Below are positions 1 to 10,800 of a stretch of 64,000 nucleotides of DNA, one piece after another (position 1 is the stretch's first letter; every line of letters starts with the position of its first letter). The stretch is from contig JACQGC010000005.1 of the NCBI GenBank assembly GCA_016199805.1, forward strand, positions 6,019-70,018. The letters are read 5' to 3'. The stretch comes from Candidatus Nomurabacteria bacterium (lineage in GTDB: Bacteria > Patescibacteriota > Minisyncoccia > Phycocordibacterales > UBA9973). Position numbers and translations under genes: made by a program. The notes under the pieces were generated by a model, which had not been told where the DNA came from, did not search any database, and worked only from the letters and a program-made list of their open reading frames with translations.

Positions 1-27
1 TCGGTTCGAATCCGAGAGGTGGCTCCA
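1..27 (+). tRNA. 3' end of a tRNA cut by the window edge (possibly tRNA-Thr)
   Basis: TCGG-TTCGAAT-CCGAG T-arm, then acceptor strand AGGTGGC, discriminator T and encoded CCA. Anticodon is not visible; Thr is inferred only from the GGC-U-CCA end. Confidence 0.75.
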
Positions 28-35
28 GAATTTAA

Positions 36-1754
36 TTAGTTGGAAATATCCTCCACTTTTTTTTCTACCACATCTTTTGCATCTTCAAGTTCTTCTTCAA
101 ATTCTTCCAGAAAAATAACTTCTTCGGAGGTAAGTTTTCTGGTAATTTGAGCTGTTTTTAACCGCGCGACGTGGGAGCTTATATCTTTTCGCAAAAGATC
201 AAAAGATTTATCGATCAAATGCTCTGTCTCTTTCGTTTTATCACGGAGACGGCGGATTAATCTTGAAAATTTATACCACGTAAAGATTCCCACGCCGATA
301 ACACCTCCGATGACCAATAGTATTAAAATGACTCCAGAAAAATAGTCCATAATAAAAGCAGCAACATCGGCTAGGAATTTTGATTTAACCACGATGGTCA
401 ATGGGTTTGTTTCTTTGCTTTTAGCTCCCCGCCCGTCAGTGACTTGAGCGGTAAAATTATATGCTCCCGGAGCAAACCTTTTTGTCACAATAATACTAAA
501 ATCTCCCAGAGAATTGGAGCGCGAAGATTCTTGGTGAATAATTTTTTTGTCTTGATAAAAGAAAACTTCTAGGTCTGAATCTGGATAGGTTGTCCCGCGA
601 ATTTTTACAATATCGTCAAAATTAATTTCTTCGGGGTAAGATGTTATTACAGGCACATCAATGGCTTCTATTGTAAAATCAGACGAGGCGGTGGTAGTGT
701 TGCCGACACGGTCAAATGCTGTCACCGTGACTACGTGCGACCCTGGGTTTTGTGGAGGCAGAGGATATGGGTTTGACAGAGCAATTGGTGCAGTCCGTTC
801 TGGTCCACCATCTCCTATTTTTACTTCGTAGTGACTTATACCCGACAAAGTATCCGTAGTGTCAAACAAAATTACCGGTTGCGGTTCAAGGCTATTTTTC
901 CCGTGAGGAAATGTGACAGAAAACGCTTTTGGAGGCGTCGTATCAATATTTACACGATAACGCGCAATTGCTCCCCAGCCGGAAGCGGTGTGTATCTGCA
1001 GACTAAAATAAGAAACACCATCGGCGACTTTATTAAATTTTTTATTGGAAATTGCCGGCATGCTGATGATAGCAGGTTTACTTGCCGGATTTTTACTGAT
1101 TCCCGTACGTATTTCGATAGATCCTTTCGGTAAAATCCAGAAAAATTCCGGATTATTATTCGCATACCACATTGATTGGTCTGAATGAGTCAGAGAGGTT
1201 ACAACAGGAGCATTCTTTTCTGAAGCTCCCAGAGTAGTATCTTTTTGTTCATTTAACGTAGAAGAATTTGAGGTTTGATTGCCAACATTAACAACGGCAA
1301 TTCCGAGATTGTTTAAAATATTCGTTCCGGTTCCATCATTTGCCAAAACCGATCCGGAAGAGAAACTCAAATTGGCCTGACCTATATTTTTTGTTTTGAA
1401 AGTTATGGAAAGAACCTTACCTTGCGCTCCGCTAAACCCTGGATTTAACACTATCCCTTCAAAGTTCACGGTTCCAAGACTGTTTGAAAAAGAAGGTTCT
1501 TCGGCCCAAAGAGATAAAACTGAACCTGTTTTTGAAATGGAAATTACCTGAAGCTTATCCCACGGGAAAGAAATAACACCTGAAACTGCATTCATGGATT
1601 GATCAGAACTCCCTACATATATATTTACAGAAAAAGTACTGCCGATAGCATAAGAATCTAATACCGGAGAAAAAGAAAGAGTCGCTGCCTTTGCAGAAAA
1701 AGGAATAAATGCCAAAAATAAAAAGAACAGAATTATTTTATATATTTTAGCCAT
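36..1754 (-). CDS. Secreted cohesin-like domain protein with Ig-like domains and C-terminal membrane anchor
   Basis: Signal peptide (AKA-AT), then a cohesin-like pattern (TFSVNIYV...NAVSGVISFP...G.VNFEG...VLSITFK...VLANDG), Ig-like DTTPP and GTTYPDS segments, a TM helix near aa 465-495 and a coiled-coil tail. Confidence 0.7.
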   Translation of the reverse strand: MAKIYKIILFFLFLAFIPFSAKAATLSFSPVLDSYAIGSTFSVNIYVGSSDQSMNAVSGVISFPWDKLQVISISKTGSVLSLWAEEPSFSNSLGTVNFEGIVLNPGFSGAQGKVLSITFKTKNIGQANLSFSSGSVLANDGTGTNILNNLGIAVVNVGNQTSNSSTLNEQKDTTLGASEKNAPVVTSLTHSDQSMWYANNNPEFFWILPKGSIEIRTGISKNPASKPAIISMPAISNKKFNKVADGVSYFSLQIHTASGWGAIARYRVNIDTTPPKAFSVTFPHGKNSLEPQPVILFDTTDTLSGISHYEVKIGDGGPERTAPIALSNPYPLPPQNPGSHVVTVTAFDRVGNTTTASSDFTIEAIDVPVITSYPEEINFDDIVKIRGTTYPDSDLEVFFYQDKKIIHQESSRSNSLGDFSIIVTKRFAPGAYNFTAQVTDGRGAKSKETNPLTIVVKSKFLADVAAFIMDYFSGVILILLVIGGVIGVGIFTWYKFSRLIRRLRDKTKETEHLIDKSFDLLRKDISSHVARLKTAQITRKLTSEEVIFLEEFEEELEDAKDVVEKKVEDISN

Positions 1755-2608
1755 ATTTTTTTTATAAAAAGAATAAATATTATTACAGTAAGTATTATAG
1801 CAAAGATTACATAATTTTGATACAGAGTTTGCTTGTTTTGAGGTTCTAGGGTTTCAACTTTTTCGTTCCCGTTTTTGTCGACGGCTTTCACATAAATCTT
1901 TTGACTTAAGCTTTGATTCCGAAGTAAATACGGGCTTTTTGCCTCAACAAAAAATCCAAACCGCCCTTCCCTTACTTTGTAATAATTTACACCCGAAGAT
2001 TTGTCTTGGGTGGAAAAAACAAGAAAATATTTTCCGTTAAAAATTCCAGGGTCACTTGTGATTATCGGTGTAAAATCCTCCGGCATTTCTGTGTCCGGAA
2101 AAATAAACTTTGGCTTAAAACCATCGAGAGTGCCTTTGGAGGAAACAACAATCGGCAAAGATTCATTTTTGATTGGTGTACTGGTGCCCATGCCGTCACT
2201 TAAAAGAGATTGAAGGTCCGTCCCATAAATTATGCCGTTCCCTTCTCCCGTAGCTCTTAAAACGATTGAAAATAGAGCATTACGGGCTCCAGAAAATCCT
2301 CCAGGTGTAATACCTGCAAACCTTATAACGCCAGGTTTTGAGATATCTGGCTTTTCAAGCCAAAAATTTACAACAGAATTCCCGTCTCTTACTTCTTTTA
2401 TATCCACCAAGTCAATCGGAAAATTAATACTGCCTTCTATTGCGTTTATGGATTGCCCTTGTGTATCTACCTGCATAGAAATAATGAATTCTTCTCCCAA
2501 GGTAAACTGATTTCCTTTTGAGTCAAAAGATATTTCTGAAGCATAACTAGCAACAGGAATACACAACAGAATTACAGAGAGAATAAGTGTTTTTAAAAAA
2601 ATATTCAT
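1733..2608 (-). CDS. Secreted cohesin-like domain protein with C-terminal TM anchor
   Basis: Signal peptide; cohesin-like INAIEGSINFP...IRFAGITPGGFSG...LFSIVL; C-terminal hydrophobic helix followed by basic residues. Confidence 0.7.
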   Translation of the reverse strand: MNIFLKTLILSVILLCIPVASYASEISFDSKGNQFTLGEEFIISMQVDTQGQSINAIEGSINFPIDLVDIKEVRDGNSVVNFWLEKPDISKPGVIRFAGITPGGFSGARNALFSIVLRATGEGNGIIYGTDLQSLLSDGMGTSTPIKNESLPIVVSSKGTLDGFKPKFIFPDTEMPEDFTPIITSDPGIFNGKYFLVFSTQDKSSGVNYYKVREGRFGFFVEAKSPYLLRNQSLSQKIYVKAVDKNGNEKVETLEPQNKQTLYQNYVIFAIILTVIIFILFIKKIWLKYIK

Positions 2609-2612
2609 TAAA

Positions 2613-3659
2613 TTATCCGGTCCAATTAAATGCCATAATGCTAAAATCTACCAAATCAACCTTTCCATCCCCGTTGATATCGGCCGACTTAGGTGGATTC
2701 GGACGTTTATACCAATATGCGGTAATAGAAAAATCAACCAAGTTAACTTTGTTGTCATTATTTATATCCGCTTTTGATACTACCTTTTCTGTTAATTCTT
2801 TAATAACGTTCTTTGCACCAACTGTAAAGCCAACCACCTTACCAAAAGAACTGATGTCTCCGCCCAGGGCGGCTTTTGATTTTGCACTATGCTGTCCCAT
2901 TTCAAGTTGAGAAGTGTCAAAATTAATTAAATATGTTCCGTTTGCATCGGTTGTTTTTTTTACAAAAAGTTCATTCTCGGAGTTTATGCTCACAGTAACT
3001 TCCGAAGAAGGAGTGCTTTGTCCAAAAATAGCAAGATTATCTCCTTGTTTTACTTCACTTTTATCAGTGGTAATGGTTGGTGCAATAAAAATCCCGCCCA
3101 CTTTTGTGGTTACACCCTCAGTAACACTCAAAGGAAAAGTAAGGAAGGAAGACCGAATACCTTTACTGTCTTCGGAATAGACGCTAAAAATATAACTTCC
3201 GCTGGAAAGGCCGGAAATCGTAACTTGAAAATTGGCATCTGTATCGGCGACCGTCATCGCCACGACTTGCGCATCTTTTAATAGAGTCACAGTACTTTTA
3301 GGATACGCCCTTCCCGTGAACACGACATTTGTATTTGGAATTGAAGATGGAGCATTATTGTTACCTCCGCCACCACCCCCTCCGCCGCCATTATTGATGA
3401 CAGGCGGAAAAATATTACAAATAGATGTGTTGAAAGTGCAAATAGAGGTACAAGAAAGCGACCCGCTTGCAAACCCACGAGAGAGACAAGAAGAACCCCC
3501 TAAGTTTATCCCGTCGCATTGTTCCCCTGCGTCAATAACATTATTGCCGCACCCTGGAACATTAGCTGTCACGGTGATAGTAAGAGCCGAAACCTTCGTT
3601 ATTTCCTTAAGAAAGAAAACGCTAAACGCAATTATAATAATTAAAATTATTGATCTCAT
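2613..3659 (-). CDS. Secreted protein with Cys-rich motif, Ig-like domains and C-terminal dockerin-like domain
   Basis: CGNNVIDAGEQCD motif, poly-Gly linker, and a duplicated Ca-binding repeat DINNDNKVNLVDFS / DINGDGKVDLVDFS typical of dockerins. Confidence 0.8.
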   Translation of the reverse strand: MRSIILIIIIAFSVFFLKEITKVSALTITVTANVPGCGNNVIDAGEQCDGINLGGSSCLSRGFASGSLSCTSICTFNTSICNIFPPVINNGGGGGGGGGNNNAPSSIPNTNVVFTGRAYPKSTVTLLKDAQVVAMTVADTDANFQVTISGLSSGSYIFSVYSEDSKGIRSSFLTFPLSVTEGVTTKVGGIFIAPTITTDKSEVKQGDNLAIFGQSTPSSEVTVSINSENELFVKKTTDANGTYLINFDTSQLEMGQHSAKSKAALGGDISSFGKVVGFTVGAKNVIKELTEKVVSKADINNDNKVNLVDFSITAYWYKRPNPPKSADINGDGKVDLVDFSIMAFNWTG

Positions 3660-3665
3660 TCATTT

Positions 3666-4652
3666 TCATTGATGTTTTTTTGTTGCACTAGATACTATAA
3701 ATTTATTATATCGCTTTACAGACATAAAGATAAGTAACAAGGCAACAACAATCAGAATCAGGAGTTGCCATGGAATAATAAAAAAATTATAACTTGCGCT
3801 CCCTGTTTGATTTGTATTTCCCCATGTCAAATTAAGAACAGCGGTATACCAACCGAAACGAAAATTTTGCAATTGCTTCCAAGCTATTGTGAAAAATCCC
3901 GCAGTATCTTCTCCGTTTTGTGGAATTAATGACTCTCCCCAAATGACATCAAATTTCCTTATGCTATTTGGCAAGACGCTTCCCTCTTTTTTGTTTGCCG
4001 AAATTTTATCGGCGGTGAGTCTGATCATATTTTTGAAACTGATTTCACCCAAGGGAACAATACGGTCTCCGCCTGTATTGTTTAGGCGGTAAAAAAACGA
4101 AACAGGCAAACTGCTAAAAAATCTCTGTCCTCCATTGGTCATAAATTCATTCAATCCTCCCCCTTCTTTTATATCACCATTCACCCGAAGTAATACCAGA
4201 GCTCCGATTCTACCCCCGATTGATACTTCCCCGCCACTTTGTGTGTTTACAGGAGTAGTGCCAAAAAATATCGCGGCAAAATATCCTCCCGGTTCGGTAT
4301 TTTTTGGTATGGTAATAGAATATGGTATCAATTTATTTTCCCCTTTGCCAATCTGAACACTGGAAATAGATTTTATCCAAGTAGCCAAACCGTCTTTGGC
4401 ACCGACGAAATATGGCGCGCCGGAATCCCCCCTAGGTTCAAAATTTTCAAAAGAAGTAAAAAAGGTTTTATTGGAAGATTCCTCGTTGATGATTTCTATT
4501 TCCCCGGATAAGGTTTGCCCCGGGTCACCACTTAATTCTATTCTCGCCGGGGCTATGGTCAAAGCTCGCGCGTAATTTGAAACACCAAATAAAACAATCA
4601 GCACAGGAATAAAAAACAAAAGTGGATATTTTAATTTTATTTGTTTCTTCAT
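3666..4652 (-). CDS. DUF916/WxL-interacting-protein-like membrane-anchored surface protein
   Basis: Signal peptide; LTIAPARIEL, PYSITIPKNTEPGGYFAAIFF and NTGGDRIVP.G.I motifs; C-terminal IIPW followed by a TM helix. Confidence 0.6.
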   Translation of the reverse strand: MKKQIKLKYPLLFFIPVLIVLFGVSNYARALTIAPARIELSGDPGQTLSGEIEIINEESSNKTFFTSFENFEPRGDSGAPYFVGAKDGLATWIKSISSVQIGKGENKLIPYSITIPKNTEPGGYFAAIFFGTTPVNTQSGGEVSIGGRIGALVLLRVNGDIKEGGGLNEFMTNGGQRFFSSLPVSFFYRLNNTGGDRIVPLGEISFKNMIRLTADKISANKKEGSVLPNSIRKFDVIWGESLIPQNGEDTAGFFTIAWKQLQNFRFGWYTAVLNLTWGNTNQTGSASYNFFIIPWQLLILIVVALLLIFMSVKRYNKFIVSSATKKHQ

Positions 4653-4657
4653 ACTTA

Positions 4658-5689
4658 TTAGAAGTTTGCGACAGCAGTATAATTAAGCGCTGTGGCATAA
4701 GATCCGGCTTTTGTTAAAGCAGCCACACTTCCGAGATAGTGAGCAGAATAGGTAGTCGTAGCAGAAGGTGCAGAAGCTGAAGCAATCTGATTTGGAGAAC
4801 CGGCAACAAAAGCAAAACCACTGGCTGAGTATGGAGCGCTAACTGTCGCCGTACCACCTGCCGCATCATATCTGACACCAAATTGTTCTGTGCCTGTGGC
4901 GTAAGCAGTATTTGTAGCTCCGATAGCAGCTATTGTATTCGCACCATCCGTCAAAGTACTTCCATTCAATAAAAGAGTATAACCGCTGGTAGCATTTGTA
5001 CCGACTGCCAAAGTATGCGCCACCGTATCAGACCCGGAACCAAGTGTGTCTGATGTTGCGTATCTGGCAACCGTCGGAGAAAGCGAACCAAAGCCGATAC
5101 TGTTACCTGAAATACTGAAAGTGATGGATTGATCCACCGTCGCGCTAACTGCTACTTGGTCGTTGGACAGGATAGTGACAGATGTACTACCTGTGTCTCC
5201 AAAAGTGCCGGCAATGTTAATTGCGTATAAAGCAGGCGAAGCCGGGTTAATCATATTGGCAGAGGTAAGAGTAAGAATTACTTTGTTTCCCGCAACAATC
5301 AAACCTGTACCGCTCGATGGTGCAGTAAGAGTGAGAACTTGCGCTGCCACCGCTGCGCCCCAAGTGTTTGCTGCGTTTGTAGCGGCAATCGTAGCCGTAC
5401 TTTCTGTACCCAAAGTAGCACCGAATGTCATAAATATCGTTGAAAATGTCTTTCCTGTAAGGTTAAAACCAGCCGGAAAAGTTACGGTGATGGTATTACC
5501 AAAAGCAGTACCTGTGGGAGTGGTAAATTTTATAATGTGACTTGCGGCCGTACTAATTTTCAACGAAGACATTGTGTCCGACTTACTGGTAAGCGAGGCG
5601 GCATTAGCAACACGTGCTCCGCTGAATGAAACAACAACCAAGGCAATCATTAAAACGAGGCTCGCAATTCTTTTTACAAATAATTTCAT
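4658..5689 (-). CDS. Secreted WxL-like beta-rich surface protein
   Basis: Start reassigned to MKLFVK at 5689. Signal peptide (ANA-AS), Ala/Thr/Ser-rich, TNATSGY motif, ends AGSYATALNYTAVANF; C-terminal half is paralogous to that of the next gene. Confidence 0.6.
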   Translation of the reverse strand: MKLFVKRIASLVLMIALVVVSFSGARVANAASLTSKSDTMSSLKISTAASHIIKFTTPTGTAFGNTITVTFPAGFNLTGKTFSTIFMTFGATLGTESTATIAATNAANTWGAAVAAQVLTLTAPSSGTGLIVAGNKVILTLTSANMINPASPALYAINIAGTFGDTGSTSVTILSNDQVAVSATVDQSITFSISGNSIGFGSLSPTVARYATSDTLGSGSDTVAHTLAVGTNATSGYTLLLNGSTLTDGANTIAAIGATNTAYATGTEQFGVRYDAAGGTATVSAPYSASGFAFVAGSPNQIASASAPSATTTYSAHYLGSVAALTKAGSYATALNYTAVANF

Positions 5690-5829
5690 ATTATTTTCAC
5701 AAGTTATTAATAATAAACTAAGTTCATACAAAACGATATACCTATATTATACACGACTATTCTAAAATATCGTAATTTCCCGGGCACAACTGTGGATAAC
5801 TGTTTTTCATAAATATTTAATATTTCCAA

Positions 5830-6861
5830 CTAAAAATTAGCGGTAGCGGTATAGGTAATCACTCCTCCATAATTGCCGGCCGAAGTCATCGCGGCTATGT
5901 TTGCAAGATAATAAGCGTTGATGGTTTCAAGAGGTGTGGGATTGCTCTTGGTCACGATAAGCTGATTGGAACCAGTGGTGAATTTCCAATTTCTATTTGC
6001 GGGAACTACGTTATGGTCATAAGAGCTTGTAATGGTGGCACCGTTGTCGGCAGAAAAAGCCAGAGCAAATTGTTTAGTACTTGGTAATCCGTCCGGGTCA
6101 TTTGTAATAGTCGCTTCGGTAAGAACTTCTGGCCCCGCAAAAGCGGTACCATTGTATGAGATAGAATAGCCTGATGTTGCATTAGTAGAAACTTGTAAGC
6201 TGTTTCCACTCGCATCTGTGCTACTACCCGAAGTATCATTGGTTGCAAAACGGGCCCCCGATGGAGTGACGACACCAAAGCCGACAGTATTAGTGGAAAT
6301 GGAAAAAGAAATGACTTGAGGTATGGTAACCGTTTGTTCACTTGAAAGGGTAAGTAAATTGCTGTTATTATCCAATGTTCCAACTACAAAAAAATAATCT
6401 CCGGCACTCAAATTTGTATAAGTATAATTTAAACTAAGGCCAACCGGAGTATAAGCATAAGGACCACCTGAAACCGTAGCGATGCCAACCTTATAACTGG
6501 CTACATTGTAGCCGAGGCCCGCTGTCGTCGGCGTCCAAGTTAAATCTACATTGGAACCATTCAATATAGCCGAGAGTGTCCCCTTTGTAACATATGGATA
6601 ATACAAAAGACCGGACCGCTCTATAAAACTGGTCGAGGATGACTGTCCTGCGCCAAACAGATTTTCACTTGAATACAATTTGAAACTGCCGGAACTTTCA
6701 TATCCACCACCACCACTTACCACCGGATCCCTGATGATAAAACTGGGACTGGTCAAATCAGAAGCATGAATAAAATACATCGGCAAAAGAACACCCAGGG
6801 TTATAGAAAATATTATTTTTAATTTTTTATTTTTTATTTGCGGCATTGTATTTTTATTCAA
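5830..6861 (-). CDS. Secreted protein with FnIII-like domain and WxL-like C-terminal domain
   Basis: VDLTW...YTYTNLSAGDYFFVV (FnIII-like); C-terminal domain ISFSISTN.VGFG...STNATSGY...AGNY...YTATANF shared with 4658-5689. Confidence 0.6.
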   Translation of the reverse strand: MNKNTMPQIKNKKLKIIFSITLGVLLPMYFIHASDLTSPSFIIRDPVVSGGGGYESSGSFKLYSSENLFGAGQSSSTSFIERSGLLYYPYVTKGTLSAILNGSNVDLTWTPTTAGLGYNVASYKVGIATVSGGPYAYTPVGLSLNYTYTNLSAGDYFFVVGTLDNNSNLLTLSSEQTVTIPQVISFSISTNTVGFGVVTPSGARFATNDTSGSSTDASGNSLQVSTNATSGYSISYNGTAFAGPEVLTEATITNDPDGLPSTKQFALAFSADNGATITSSYDHNVVPANRNWKFTTGSNQLIVTKSNPTPLETINAYYLANIAAMTSAGNYGGVITYTATANF

Positions 6862-7882
6862 TCTTTCGTGAATCTACTTCTGCATAAACCATCTCGGAAA
6901 CATGGGCGATAATTTTTGCAAGCACGTTGAAATCTTGGCCCTTAGTCATCACACATAACAAATAAGGGTTGTTTGGATAATAAATGACTCCACAATCATG
7001 CAGTTCGTTTTCATGTCCCGTGGACTTGCCGTTTGAAACAAAATCCAACTCGCGCTCACCAAACTTGCCGGCCACTTTTATACCCTGCGGAACTCCGGCT
7101 TCCAATCCTTCCTTGAAAGAAGCCCTGCCTAAAAGGGTTAGAATCTTTTCAGAATTTTCTTTGGACAAAAATGAAGCGTTGTAGAGCAAACGAAACAACG
7201 ACGAATAAGATTGAGTAGAGAGGTCCCCTTTTGTTACATCCCCCGGAACAACCAAACCTAAGTCGCGAAAAGTATCAAAAATCAAATCTTCTTTGGGGTT
7301 TATTTTATATAGTTCGTTCACCAAAAGTTCATTAGCTGCATTGTCAGAGTATTCCAAAGTCCTAGCCACCAAATCATCTATAGTGTACGACTGCCCTACT
7401 ACTAGTTTCTTCGCTGGCGCAAAATCTTGGTTGCCAGACGGAATTTCTTGCGAATACAATATCTTACGCTGTAGCAAACTATCGTCTTGGTCAGCTAAAC
7501 GCAGAACCGTCATCACGGTCGGCAATTTAATCAAGCTTGCTGAAATAAAAAGTTTGTTGGAGTTGATTCCAAAAATCGGACCATTCTCCAAATCTCTAAA
7601 ATACACGCTGGCGTCTGATAAATTGCCTTTACTACTCTCCTCGTTTAGATATGTACCGACACTGTTTTGCAGACTTAAATAAGCAACCTTTCTGATGACC
7701 GGTTTATCTTGGCAAGCCAGGCGAGGGTTAAGATAGTGATAATAATTGCTGTAACAATTGAAATTTTGATTATTAAGATAAAAAGAAATAAAATAACCGA
7801 TGACTAAACCGGTAATTAAAAAAAATGCCATTAGCCTGGAATTAGAAATATTTTTAATTTTATTCAACATTAAATTCTTCAT
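6854..7882 (-). CDS. Membrane-anchored class A beta-lactamase-like serine hydrolase
   Basis: N-terminal TM helix; catalytic motifs SxxK (SLIK), SDN and KxG (KFG); HDCGVIY...PYLLCVMT. Confidence 0.8.
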   Translation of the reverse strand: MKNLMLNKIKNISNSRLMAFFLITGLVIGYFISFYLNNQNFNCYSNYYHYLNPRLACQDKPVIRKVAYLSLQNSVGTYLNEESSKGNLSDASVYFRDLENGPIFGINSNKLFISASLIKLPTVMTVLRLADQDDSLLQRKILYSQEIPSGNQDFAPAKKLVVGQSYTIDDLVARTLEYSDNAANELLVNELYKINPKEDLIFDTFRDLGLVVPGDVTKGDLSTQSYSSLFRLLYNASFLSKENSEKILTLLGRASFKEGLEAGVPQGIKVAGKFGERELDFVSNGKSTGHENELHDCGVIYYPNNPYLLCVMTKGQDFNVLAKIIAHVSEMVYAEVDSRKIE

Positions 7883-7895
7883 ATATTATCTAAAA

Positions 7896-10800
7896 TCAAA
7901 AACTGGGTGTCTCCACGGGAACGCTTGCGGGATTGTCGGCTGGAGCGGTATCGTCTGGAACACTACCAGATACAACATTATCTGGAGTTGGAGTTAACGC
8001 AGGGTCTTGGGTTGGTAGAATGGGTTCTGGGGTTGGAAGTGAAAACGGCACCAAAGATGGGCTGGAAATTTTACTGCTAAAAGTCTTGGCGCTCTTTACC
8101 GCCAAAGCAATCCAGCTGAAACTGATGTTTTGTTTTGCTGTGTCTTTCAAAGTGATAGTAAAACCTTTTTCTGATTTATTAGTTACCAGATACTGCACAT
8201 TGTCTGCAAATAAACTATTTGTCGCTTCAGTTTGAGCATTTTTAATTGACTGAATTAGGGAAGCATCAGTTTCAGTATTTAGATTTTCCAACTGTGGGTC
8301 GGCATCGAGAGTAATAGTCGTGTTCACAATGGGTTGTTCTAAATATTCTTTATCAAAAACTATATCTACGGATTGATCTCCTTTATTTATTTTTGCAAAA
8401 CCGGCCGTATCTGTCGTAAAGTATGGTCTGCCAAAAAATACAGTATCACTCATAAACATCACCGCATCCTTGCCGGAGCTGATAGTATCCACCGTCAAAC
8501 CATTGGCAAATATTTGTGGTGTAATTATTTCCATTGAGGCAGCCACTCGGTCGGTAAAAATCTCGGACAAGTTTTGCATATTGGTTTTTTGATTCCGCAC
8601 CTTAATAAGGAAATCCAAGATTCTGGACTCTACTGTTGCGGGAGTATTGGAAAGAGTTGAAGTCAAACCGTCGGAAACAACCGGAGAAAGAGCCAAGGAA
8701 TCTGTGCTACTTCCATCAGCAGTTGATGGAGACGAAAGCCCATTTTGTGCTGTAGCTGTTACAGCATCCAAATCTTCCTGCATCAACATCTCAATAGATG
8801 CTCCGCTGTAATTTGCCAAATTTACAAACACTACCAATGTTCCGCATTTTGTATTTGGCAATTGACCCAAGCCCATAGATGGACAATCTTCCAATTTATT
8901 TGTGTCCATATTTTCCAGAGCCGTGCCTATTACCCTGCCGGCCTGTGTCGCCCGCATAGCATAACCCGGAATGCTGGAAGAAGTCAGATAATCCCCTGCT
9001 TTTATCGGGCCATTTTCCGTACTGAATCTTACCGGCACACGGCCAACGAGCGCTATCGGCACAGAATCCACAGTCTTTGAACCGGCCACAAAACCTGGAG
9101 CGGTGGAAACGACTCCGACTAAAGTATTTTGATATTGTCCCGTGGAACGCAAGACCCCTTGTGAATTGTTTGGGTCTACCATCACCACTTCTCCTTTGGT
9201 CAGACTTTCGGTTGATGTATAATTTTCCGCCAAATCGGCGCCACCGGAAAAGAATCCACCGTTGGTTGACGACATGATATTTCCGTCGGATGTCACACGC
9301 AAAATACTGAGCCCATTATTTTGTAAATTCATAAGGTCCATCCCATTTGTAATCTGGTACGAATTTACAGTCGGTAAAGATATATTACGATAACTATATG
9401 TTAAACCACTAGAAGAATTATAAACACCATTTAAGTTGAGACCGAATGTAGGAAAATCACGACGGAAATTTATTTCCACTTGAGCCCATTGTTCACCTCC
9501 GGCGTTTCCGATAGACCCTCCAGGTGAGCTTATACTATTCCAAGTAGCCACACCGAGAGCGGTCTGGGTCGCAGCCACTCGCGCTTCCATACGCACAAAC
9601 TGGTCCGGAGTTTGTTGCCAATCAAGTGTAGAATTTGAAGCAAGTGCCGGCACATTCATTTCTTCAGAAAGATATTGTCCATCAGCATACCAACCAGCAT
9701 CGTAAATATTGATAGCCTTGGACCCAGATGATCCTCCGAAAAGAGTAATAAATTTTCCATCTGGCCTTTGAAAAGAAAGGGCACCGTCACCCACGCCACC
9801 ACCGAGATACTGACCAGTGGTTGGGTCTGTCACCGAATCAGCAAAAGTTGTAATAACATTGTCAGCAATAGTTCCAACTAAGAAATATGGAGAGGTGTTA
9901 TTTACTCCACCAGCTATTGTTGTTCTATAAATATTACGTGCTGTTGTTCCGGTAGGACCAATAGTAACAGCAGTAAGACTTTCTTGTCCAAGCGTTGTAA
10001 GAGTACATGACTGTGTAGCAGATGGAGCAGAAAGTGGTGATTCAACACCGCCAATAACGTAAGTATATCTCCAGAAGTGTACACCGGTATTACATAAGTT
10101 AGATCCACCAGAAGCTGGAGCAGAAGAAGTAGGAGCTGGTGGCGCAGTATTAAACATTGTAGGTCCTACAGCCACAGTACCGACAGGAGCACCAACAGCA
10201 GAAGTTGCGCCACCCCAAGGGAAATAAATCTCAGTGAGCACATCATTGTTTAGAGCCAAGTTTCCTCCAACAATTAAAAACGTACCATCAGCTCTCGGAA
10301 TAACATGAGAGCCTCTTCCTAGCATTGCAGGAAAAGTTACACCCGCTGCTTCTGTACCGTTGTAAGGATTGACTATACCTGACAGAGTACCACGAGCATT
10401 TGCTGTAGCTTCTCCTCTTATTATTATCCAATACCCGTCTTGTCTTTGAAATGCGAATCCTCCAGATCCATTAGCTCCGCCAAGAACAGCTCCAAGAAAA
10501 AATGTTTTGGTGTTTGCATTATAAGTCATAGTAGCAGTAGATACAGTTCCAACAGCAGACCCTGCTATAACTTTATACATGTTGTTCATAGAACCCTGAA
10601 GCGGTATAGCAAACCCTCCTAAATTTGTAGCTGCTGTCTGTAAAGGACCCGCTGTCATAGTATTGCGAACTGGATCATAAAGAGATGTAGAAGTAGCGCC
10701 AGCACCAGGTAAAATAGTATAAGTGCCATCAACATTAAGAATCGTAAATGCACCACCAGATGGAGCAGTACCAACTATGGATGGACCGAGAGTAAAACGT

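Noticed and set aside
3362-3392. Poly-Gly (CCN)n tract as a contingency locus
   Set aside because: Mixed synonymous codons encode a flexible linker; it is not a slippage-prone pure repeat.
6854-7882. Antibiotic-resistance beta-lactamase
   Set aside because: Only fold-level motifs are present. A membrane anchor and KFG instead of KTG/KSG give no support for resistance.
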